Part shown: piece by piece, positions 42,609 through 52,700 of the stretch
How the letters are laid out: each line of letters opens with the position of its first letter
Position numbering within the stretch: position 1 is the first letter of the stretch
Origin: Nemertoderma westbladi
Lineage: Eukaryota > Animalia > Xenacoelomorpha
DNA: 64,000 bases
Direction of reading: 5' to 3'
Assembly: GCA_032718475.1 (NCBI GenBank)
Contig: JAUCBJ010001957.1
Location: forward strand, 1-64,000
Made by a program: the position numbers and the translations under genes
The notes under the pieces: model-generated
Database searches by the model: none
What the model was told of the DNA's origin: nothing
The model's input: the letters and a program-made list of their open reading frames with translations, nothing else

Positions 42609-43334
42609 ATGTCTGACACAAAGCAAAACCTGTCAGACAGTCTCCTAGATACGACCATCTGTGACCCAGACAGGAGTGTGGAACGTGTGAGACCGAAGTT
42701 CAACTCACCTCCTACTGTAAGAAAGATCATTCCCCCAGTAGTAATATCAGACCCTAGCCTAGTCCAACATCGTAGGTCTATCATAGGCACTCGAGCTCAG
42801 GTCAAGCAGGACCAAGAAGCAGCGGAACAGCAAATACCCGCGAGCCGAGAACTTATTTCTCAGCGGCCCGACAGCTCCAGTAGTGCGGATACTGTAGAGC
42901 TGACACCCGAGTGCGGAGCAAAGATGGCAGATGCGGTTTATTCGGATCCCCTTCTCATCCTTCCTGCAGCCGTACTCACTAGGGTATTGATTGCGGTGGA
43001 GGAACACCAGATTGATTGGGCGAGAAGTAAGCGATCGACCAAGGATAGTTATGCGGGATATACAAGGGAAGAACTGAAGTCTATTGTCGAGTCGCAATGG
43101 AACTTCCCCGGACCCGGACTCCCGTTTGACTTATCGGAAGCTGCCTGGGAAGACATACACAGGATGGGAGTGACAAAGGAAACCAGCGATCCAACTGTGT
43201 GGAAGAGGTCAGCAGCCGGATACGTACAGGGATTCTTCAGCTCCATGGAGCGATTAGAGGAACAATTGTTTAGACAACCACAAGGACCTCAAGAGCAGGG
43301 AGAGCTGCTACCCAAGGAGGTGAGGTCTCTATAG
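42609..43334 (+). CDS. Orphan 241-aa ORF upstream of gag, unknown function
   Basis: ATG in aaacATGt context; 726-nt uninterrupted frame, clearly more GC-rich than the flanking AT-rich DNA; no recognisable domain. Confidence 0.6.
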   Translation: MSDTKQNLSDSLLDTTICDPDRSVERVRPKFNSPPTVRKIIPPVVISDPSLVQHRRSIIGTRAQVKQDQEAAEQQIPASRELISQRPDSSSSADTVELTPECGAKMADAVYSDPLLILPAAVLTRVLIAVEEHQIDWARSKRSTKDSYAGYTREELKSIVESQWNFPGPGLPFDLSEAAWEDIHRMGVTKETSDPTVWKRSAAGYVQGFFSSMERLEEQLFRQPQGPQEQGELLPKEVRSL

Positions 43335-43750
43335 GGTGGCAGCAACAGGCGGCGGCGGACTCGTGAGGGTCTGGGGGCACGTTAAATCTCTCCTATAGTG
43401 CAAGGGAGTTACTGAAGGCCCTCGTGTCTAGCGAACCATGAATCAACATGGTGCCGTGGTACCGTCTAGTCGGCCTGTTGCCGTACTGCCAGTCCTGTAC
43501 ACAGTAGGGGTGGTGGCTTAGTGTGATCTGTGGTTTATGTGGTCTATGTGGTAGGTCTATGTTTGGTATGTATGAGTTGACCAGACTTTTTACTGTCTCC
43601 GATCGGTTGCCAAAACGTGTCTTTTCCCAGGGTAGCACTATTGGAATGGAGGTGTTACATCGGAATGGACAGGTTTCTGATGATTCTGTTGGTACTACTA
43701 TTGGAATGGAGGTGGCACCCGGAATATCGGCTGCAAGGAGGGGTTGGTGT

Positions 43751-44106
43751 TGTAATAATTTGTTGTATAGGTTATAGTCATGATCACTATAATGGTTACA
43801 GTGAGTAGAGTATATGATTAGTATAAAGTGATTTAATAATTGGTTTGTAAACGAGTGTGTATGTAGTGAGAAGTTATCCAGCTGTGATGATTTGGATGAG
43901 AGAATATGTATAGGAGAGGGGTGGTGAGGAAAGGGGTTTTTATGTAGATTATTGGTGTAAACGATTGGATATAGATAGAGTAAAAGATATATTATAATTG
44001 TTTTGTGTATATTATATGTATTGTATCAATTATTGTGTATTTATATTATATTCTATCTTAAAAATAACTGAAAGCATTTTAAATATTTCGAAATAAAACG
44101 ATTACA
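43751..44106 (+). repeat. 5' LTR (356 bp) of the nested element
   Basis: TG...CA with 6-bp terminal inverted repeat; AATAAA near its end. Confidence 0.95.
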
Positions 44107-44122
44107 AGCTATCACCGCAATT

Positions 44123-44893
44123 ATGTCATTAAAGTTAAATCAAATCATACGTCCGTTTAGTGGTGATGACAAAACTGTTAATTTTAACGAATGGATGAAG
44201 AAATTTCTATTAGTCGCGAAAACTCAGAAATGGGAACAGTTGGAAAATCACCTGCCATTGTTGTTGGAGGGGTCAGCATTCACGGTGTATGACCAATTAT
44301 CAGATGAAGCCAAAGGAAATATAGATAGTATCGTAAGCACGTTGACCACCGCATTTTCGTTGACACCAACACAAGCATATAAAGCTTTTACGAAACGTAT
44401 GTGGTCTCCGGATGAAGCTGTTGAAGTGTACCTGTCGGACTTGAAACGGTTAATTTTGCTAACTGGAATCAAACCATCGGACATTGAGCGTATTCAACCA
44501 ATAATAAAAAGTCAATTTGTTAGCGGATTACCCAATGACCTCAGTAGTAAACTAGTTACAATGAATGCGGTTGAAAGTGAATTGATGAGTTTAGAAGAAT
44601 TAGTGACGAAAGCGAGACGTATCATCGCAGATCGAAAGTGCGATGACGGTATAGGAATTATCGGTGCTGTTGGGGAACGCCGCCGTCCTTATCAGCACCC
44701 ACATAATGATGGTGATCGTAGTAACAGAGCTACAGCGTCGTTTATCTGTTACAATTGTGGGAAACCGGGACATATTTCGTCACAATGTCCCTCAGAGAGA
44801 AAAACTGTCAAATGTTACCGCTGCTCTGGTTATGGCCATATTGCGAGAAATTGCGGCACTAAGGAATCGGGAAACGCGAATGGGGGGTTGTAG
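44123..44893 (+). CDS. Gag with two CCHC zinc knuckles
   Basis: CYNCGKPGHISSQC and CYRCSGYGHIARNC; in-frame G GGA AAC at 44869-44875. Confidence 0.92.
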   Translation: MSLKLNQIIRPFSGDDKTVNFNEWMKKFLLVAKTQKWEQLENHLPLLLEGSAFTVYDQLSDEAKGNIDSIVSTLTTAFSLTPTQAYKAFTKRMWSPDEAVEVYLSDLKRLILLTGIKPSDIERIQPIIKSQFVSGLPNDLSSKLVTMNAVESELMSLEELVTKARRIIADRKCDDGIGIIGAVGERRRPYQHPHNDGDRSNRATASFICYNCGKPGHISSQCPSERKTVKCYRCSGYGHIARNCGTKESGNANGGL

Positions 44894-47800
44894 GGGTCGC
44901 CGCTTTAACTTCCTCCCGCGATTTGTTGCCAAGATGTTCGGCGAATATTTCATCAACAGACGGATCAGCTAAGTATATTTGTAGAGTAGGTGTTGACTCT
45001 TATTGTTCAAAGACTATTGTATCATCAGGTTTTCTGTATGGTAAATCTGAATTTATATTTTCTAATGCCAATTGTTCAGAGACTTTTATGATGTTAAACG
45101 GTACCAAAATTTATACTGTAGGGAAGATTTCAATTTATTTGCATAATTTACCTGGTATTGTTGGAGGGTTTTGTTTTGATGCATGGGTAGTAAACGGATG
45201 TGATATATTTGATGTTGATGTTTTATTGGGAATCGATGCAATTGTGTGTTTGGGTGGTGTGAAGATACATTCATCTGATTGTATATCTGTTTCGTCAATT
45301 GAATTTTTAGGATGTGGATCAAATAATTTACGTCCAAATTATTGTGGTGCACTGACATCAAATAGTGATAATGATAAAGTTAAGTCAGATAGTACAAATT
45401 CTAGTGGAGACAATAATGAGCTAAATTCAAATACCGCAAGTTTCTTTTATCATGATAACGGTGATATCACCATCACTGAAAGTGATTTCGTAGTAAAGTT
45501 TGATAGTTTATCAAAGTTGTGGACCGTAAATTGGGTGTGGAAGAATAATAAGCCCCCAATTCATAAAGTTGGCAGTGGTATTGGTGATTACAATATAAAG
45601 TTATCAGATTCACATAACACCATGTTTGAGAATGAAATTCAAGTTTGGTTGACAAATGGGTTTATTGTAGAATATGACCCGATTGAACACGGTGAAATTG
45701 AATGTGTGTTACCGTTAATGCCTGTGGTCCAGGAACACAAGATCACAACTCCTGTGAGACCTGTATTAGATTACTCAATGTTGAATAGTTGCTTGGTGAG
45801 TTTTCCAGGACAACAAATGGGAATATGTAATAATAAATTGCGAAACTGGCGACAGCGTTCATCAAATAGTACGATTATAGATATTAAAAAAGCATATTTA
45901 CAGATAAGAGTTGCTCCACATTTGTTGAAATATCAAGCACTTTTATACAAAGATACTATTTATATAAAATGACACGAATGGGGTTTGGATTAGAGATTGC
46001 AAGAAAAGTTTTAGAAACTGTGATTGAGTTCATCTTTAGTGTTAGCAAATTTCCCGAAAATGCAGTAGATTTCTATGTGGATGATGTCTATTGTGATGAG
46101 AATTTGGTATCTGCAAGTTCAGTGGAAATTGCTTTGAACAATTACGGTTTACCCACAAAACCCCCTACAAGTATCAAAGAAAATGACGTTTTGGGCTTAC
46201 ATGTATTCGAAGCAAATTCTGAGTTGTGTTGGAAGCGACGTAACAAAGGTGATCTTATACCAGATTTATTTAGCATGACTCGAAGAGGTCTACATTCATG
46301 GACTGGTAAGGTAACTGGCCTATATCCCGTATGCAGTTGGTTACGATTAGCCTGCAGTTGGTTGAAACGACAATGTATAGGAGATTGGGATAGTCCAGTT
46401 GACTCATGGATATTAAAATTGGTGAAAGTTACATGGGAGAGCATATGTAATAACGATCCAGTATGTGGAGTATGGAATGTAAATACTCTTAATGGAAATT
46501 GTGTGATGTGGTGTGATGCTAGTGACATTGCTAGAGGAGTTCTTCTAGAAGTCGATGGTAGAATAATTGAGGATGCTGCTTGGCTACGAAAGAAAAATGA
46601 ATCAAAAGCTCATATCAATGTGGTGGAATTAAATAGCGTGGTCGATGGAATCAATCTCGCAATAGAGTGGAATATTAAACGATTCACATTATGTTCAGAT
46701 TCACAAATTGTGTGCAGGTGGGTTGAAGCAACTCTGAAAAATATACATCGAATTCATGTCGGGGGAATGTATATGAATTTGGTAAAACGTCGTTTAGAAC
46801 TGTTGCTAGAGTTAGTACAGTTATATGGTTTAGATGTTGAGGTAAAGTGGGTGAAATCTGAACAAAACTTGTCTGATAAACTAACGAGACTACCCAGAGG
46901 TTGGAAAGAGTCTGCCACGGTAAATCAACCTGAAATCGAGACATGTAATACGGATAAGTGTTCGGGAATCGGTGCTGTAATGTACCATAACGATAAAGAA
47001 CTATATTGTGGAATTAAATTAGAGCATATAAGAAGAGATCAAATTCAAGACAAAGATATAAACATAATGCTAAGTGATCCTTCACATATCTCAAAAACAA
47101 CAAACTCATACAAAAATGTTAGATCTCAGTTAATGGTGTATAGCGGAATGTTAGTTCGCAAAGTGAAAGTTCCTCCAAACGATTTATTAAATGTTCCAGT
47201 AATTCCAAGTAGTTTAGTCAACGAAGCTATTAAGAATGTCCACGATTCTTATGGTCATCCATGCAGTGAAACTACAAGAGAAATAATCAGGCGGCAAGGT
47301 TATTTCCCCAATATGATGTCGCAATGTCAGAAATTCGTTAAAAGTTGTGAAAGGTGTTCATTATCCGATCCTAAAAAACCAGACGATATTAACCCAACAA
47401 CCCAAATGGTAATACCTGATCGTCCATGGCAAGTGGTTCAGATTGATACCATGAAAATAACTGGTGATATACACTTTGTAGGGTTACTGGCTATGTTTGA
47501 TGTATTAACAAAGTATGTTGAAGTAGAACTTTTGAAAGATTATACTAAAGAGACTGTTGTGTCCAAGTTGCTGAAGATATGCCGACGATGGGGTCCCCCC
47601 GAGGTGATACGTTGCGATTCTGGTACTGAGTTATGGAATTCCATGTCGAAAGCATTATATAACTCTTTTAATATTATTGTTAGACGCGGAGCAGTGAGAC
47701 ATCCAAGAAGTCAGGGAGCAGTAGAACGTTTTAACAGATCATTTTTAACATTGGTACGAAAAACGTTAGAACGAAGTACAGATTGGGCTGTAGAATTGGA

Positions 47801-48419
47801 TCAATTGTTATATTTCTATCGTCACAGACCTACGACTACAACTGCCATGAGTCCTACAAAAGCGATGTGTGGTTGGGATTGTTGTTCTAGAAATATCGAT
47901 AAGAAATCTGGGTCATCATGGTCCCAAGGTCTAAATCCTTCTTTAGTTGATACTCTGGAAGAGTGTATGTCAAAATTAGATGGAATAGACATTTCAACAC
48001 CACAAATCTTTGCCACTGGAGATTTGGTGTATTTATTACGTGAAGATAGGTCGCCTAAACACATGACACAATGGACAAAGGGATGGACAGTGACTGATAT
48101 TATAAACTCAACAACAGTACGAATATCTAATACCAATAAGGAGATCAAAGACAAATTTGTAAACATTGATATAATAAAACACGCAGTAGAAGTAAATATT
48201 GATGACCGTTTGGAAAAAGCAAAGATTAAAGAGGATGATAATATAATAAAATCCGATGACAGCGATGATTTCTTAGAATTTGAATGTGGAGAGTTTGATC
48301 AAAGCGATAACAGCAACCAAAATACTGATAATGACGAAAATGAAGATGCAGTAATACCACGACGATCTACACGTGTGAGACGTCCTGTTGATCTGTATGG
48401 AAATCCAAAACGTTATTGA
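44869..48419 (+). pseudogene. Pol (PR-RT-RH-IN) reached by -1 frameshift; one extra frameshift in RT near 45965
   Basis: VDSYCS (protease site), RPVLDY, DIKKAYLQI, RMGFGL, FYVDD, WCDAS..HINVVEL..SDS, H-x4-H..C-x2-C, and QID..CDSG..GAVERFN. Confidence 0.88.
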
Positions 48420-48476
48420 TGATGTTACTGAGGGGGATGTAATAAATATGATAGACGGGGTTCTATCAGAGGGGGA

Positions 48477-48828
48477 TGTAATAATTTGTTGTATAGGTTA
48501 TAGTCATGATCACTATAATGGTTACAGTGAGTAGAGTATATGATTAGTATAAAGTGATTTAATAATTGGTTTGTAAACGAGTGTGTATGTAGTGAGAAGT
48601 TATCCAGCTGTGATGATTTGGATGAGAGAATATGTATAGGAGAGGGGTGGTGAGGAAAGGGGTTTTTATGTAGATTATTGGTGTAAACGATTGGATATAG
48701 AGTAAAAGATATATTATAATTGTTTTGTGTATATTATATGTATTGTATCAATTATTGTGTATTTATATTATATTCTATCTTAAAAATAACTGAAAGCATT
48801 TTAAATATTTCGAAATAAAACGATTACA
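48477..48828 (+). repeat. 3' LTR (352 bp) of the nested element
   Basis: Matches 43751-44106. Confidence 0.95.
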
Positions 48829-49781
48829 CGAGTGAATGATACTCTGGAATCTGTGGTTTGTGTGTGGACGATCAGTGGCAGTTTGCTTGAGCTTTCTGTT
48901 GCTGTGGGTACGTGGTATACGTGAGTGTATGTATGGCCACTGCGAGTGAGTATGGGAAACCTTGCCGGTTGGTTCAGTCGCCGCTGGTTATTAGTAGGAC
49001 CATATCTTTACTGCGCCCCAGCATATTTTGTGCACACAAAGTTATTTTGCCCTGACGGCAAAATAAGGTACTCTCGGCTCTTTTATTAGTCGATACAATT
49101 TTGTCCCCTCTGATTTTGTCACCGATTTGTCTTTCCCGATTATGTCCTCTGTGTGTGCATGGTATGCGTCAGATTTGTGTTTACCGTTATGTACTTGATT
49201 TCGTGAGCATCTATTGAGTACACGTGTACAGTGACTGGTAAGTGGTGACTTGTTCTTAGCTTTAAGCTAGACAGTATTGTTTGCGGAACCGACTTCCCCT
49301 CAATACTGCCGGCGAGGCGGGTGAAAACGTGTCAAAATTCCATGTTGGGTAGCGCAAGCCCACTTGGGACAAGACCGTCGGTTTGGCTCAAGGGCGACCT
49401 TTATGCTCGATCGCTATCGACTGGTCCACCCGCCGGTTGACTCTCTGAGTTGGCTCAATGTACAGTCAGGCCACAGTAAGTTGACAGTAGCCGACCACCT
49501 GGCTACACCGATGAGCTGTGCCGGTGTGATCGGGGGATTGAAAATTGAACCCGGGAAGCATCGGGCTACCCTCCGGCCTGGTCTGATAAAAACGGAGTCA
49601 GACTGGCCCCAAGGGTGGTGGGACAGCGTCCGCCTCGTGGGTGCGCCTCGGAGAGGAGCCCAGAAGGACGCAAGCGTTATCAAGTTCGAGAAAGAATTCT
49701 AAGAATCAGACTAATCCTATCGGCCTTTGAGGAGGCTTCGAAAAGAAGACAAGACACGTCGTTGCAAGTTGCCGTAAAGAC

Positions 49782-52700
49782 TTGGTTACAGTGGGTGAGT
49801 CTCCAAGTTCAAAGAACTGCCCTGTGGAAATCTCAGTTAGCTCAACCCTTGGAGAATCAACAGACACCACCTTTTCCCAAGTGGAAAGTGAAGCGACAGC
49901 AGAGAAACCGCATAAGAGGGATGCTATTGACATCTATCTGTCAGACTATCAACGCTTTGTAGGTGACGAAGAGTTGAGGAGACGGCTGGATGGACTTAGC
50001 CCTAATAGTGAAGGAGCCAAGCTTGTGTTGGACGCAATCGATGCGGATATGAGAGCTGCGAACCAAGCTAAATTTGATGAACGCCTCCGCATCGCTAGAG
50101 TCCAAGAAGAACAAGTAAAGAAAAAACATATAGAAGACAGAAAGACAGCGGCAGTGGCAGCAGCAGTGGCAGAAGCGGAAAGAAAGGCGGCAGTGGCAGC
50201 GGCCGAAGCGGAAAGAAAGGCGGTAGTGGCAGCGGCAGAGGCAGTGGCAGAAGCAGAACGGAGGGCATCTGAAGAAACAACCCAACTAGAGTTGGAAAAT
50301 CTTCAAGAGAATCAAGACTGCATAAATAAACAGTTAACAGCTAGTCAAATGCAGATGATGAGTCGATCTACTCCCAAAAGACAGGGATATACATCATCTG
50401 AGGAAGGCGATACCACCGATCCTGAAGGCGGAGGAAATCGATCTCGCCTAAGCAGACGTAGAAGAATGTCCCACCGTCAGAAATTGCCTGATTTGCCCCC
50501 AACTGTTAGAAGGCAACTAGCTAGCACAGACTTAGTAGTACAGAACCCACAGACCAAATAATTAAAATAGAAAGACTCCCTACTATAGTAGATGAGCCTG
50601 AAATTATTAGGCCTGTTCTCGAAGCCACCCCTTTGGTGATAGAGACACCTGTACTCCCAGAACTTACCTCTAAATTCCCTCTGCACAGCACTAAGCTACC
50701 TGTGCCCAGCAGAACAGCCCATGAGACAGTTCATGTCCTGGACTCCGAGCGAAATATTAATGATTTGTCGCCCGTTGTCCCTCGTCCGCCCGCTACAACG
50801 TTGGCGGCTCCCGCTTCGGCGGTCGAGTGGGTGGATGAGAGACGGCGGGGGATGGATCTCCTGCTCGGGCAGATGCAGGAGACTGTTAAGCAGTTCAAGG
50901 GCACAGTAAGGGAAAGTAGGTTAGAGTTGCAAGAAGTGCAGCAAAGTATCGCGTTAGAACGCGATAAATTAGTAAATACACAAAAGGGTATACCACCACC
51001 CCCGGTAACAATGTGTCAACCTGTTAGGTCTGAAGTATCTCATGCGCAAGGTGTGGAGCCTACACGTATCTATACTGCTAGCGAAGTAGAAACTCCTATA
51101 GTGAACCCTATTAAGGGTAATTATAAACCTGTTGACAATGATATTCCCTATAGACCTGATCATAATCCGAGAAATTTATATACCGATAACTCGATATTAA
51201 ATAACACGATGGCCCAAGAAAGTTTTATGCGTCAAATGGCTAGAACCGAAGCCCGTCAAGCGGTAAAGGTGGGAGAGATAGTCAAGTTCAATGGAGATGA
51301 GATGAAATGGTTACCTTTTAATGAATATTATAAAGATAACATACAGAACTCTGTGCTATCTAACGGAGAGAAACTTAGATTCCTCATCGAGTGCTTGGAA
51401 GGATCTCCCAAGTTAATGGCGTTAAAGTTTATTGGACATCCAGACGGATTAAGACAAGTTTGGGATACACTAAACATCAGGTATGGTAATAGGAATAACA
51501 TAGCTAAATATTTGTATGCAAAATTAGTAGCGCCCCGAAAGTTCATTAGCAGCGGGATAATAGAGTTTTCCGATGAGATTCAAGAGATCTGTAGACAATT
51601 AGATTGGTTAGGTAAGTCTCATGAATATCAGAGTTCTATGGTTATTGGAGCCGTGGCTTCTACTTTACCGAAGGGTGGAGTAGGTACACGCTGGGATAAG
51701 AAAGTGTTATATATGATGGAACAATAACGACGAGACCCTACCATGGCTGATCTCATGTCATTCTTAGATGGAGAAGTGAAATTACAGCTCCTAAGGCAGT
51801 CCAGAGAGAAGACACCGGAAAACAAGGTAAGTGAGAAACCCGTTTCTAGGAGAAAAGTAACACCAGTGTGTTATACCGACGACGGCGAAAGCCAGACTTC
51901 TCAAGGAGAGGATAGCGGGAAAGACACTGAAAGATCTTATTATGTCAATAAAACGCCTAAAGAACAGGTAAGTAAATTCAAGTCTCGAACCAATGACAGG
52001 AGAGAACAGGTAAGAAAAACTCCTCCTACGTCTCCTAAGAGAATTCAGGTAAGAAAGCCCGAAGAAAGAACGAGTGTGCACAATGTTATTCAAAATAAGG
52101 TAAGTAACATCAAACCGAAATGTGTGCTATGTGACGGGACCCACCGTTTGAATATGTGTGATGAATTCCTAAAGAAATCATTAATGGAGAGACGGGAAGT
52201 CATGTGGGATAAGCGGTTGTGTTATAATTGCCTCAGACAAGGACACCAAAGGCGAACCTGTTACTCCGACACAAGGTGTGCAAAGTGCGATGCGAAACAT
52301 CATATCTTGTTGCACACAGAATTCGAACGAAACAGTCCGAGTCAGGTAAGTGATTCCGAACTACATGTCCAATTCAGTGATGTGAACGACACTGACCAAA
52401 GTTCTGAGATGGAAGGATTCTATACGGATGAATTCTCCGACGAAGATGAATCCTGTTACATGATAAATACCGCAGTGTATCGAGCACTTACGTATGAAAA
52501 AGACACAGACAGCGACCTCACCCTAACTACTTCTGATCGACAACCATCTTGGAAAGCGCCAACTTCCAATGTAGGAATCCGAGAATTTCCTGTAGTACAG
52601 TTAAGGGTCCACGGACCTAAAAGGAGTTATATAGTGAACGCCCTTCTTGACTCCGGTAGTACAGGAACATTCATCGACAAAGAACTAGCCGAAGACATCT

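Larger units (their letters stand above)
43751..48828 (+). mobile_element. Nested full-length LTR retrotransposon (Gypsy-type domain order, atypical lineage)
   Basis: LTRs TGTAAT...ATTACA at 43751-44106 and 48477-48828, identical by eye except for a 4-bp indel; gag, PR, RT, RH, IN; PPT agaggggga before the 3' LTR. Confidence 0.95.

Noticed and set aside
49085-49440. End of the BEL/Pao 5' LTR and PBS (e.g. gataca at 49092-49097)
   Set aside because: No CA followed by a TGG tract with recognisable tRNA complementarity; left unresolved.
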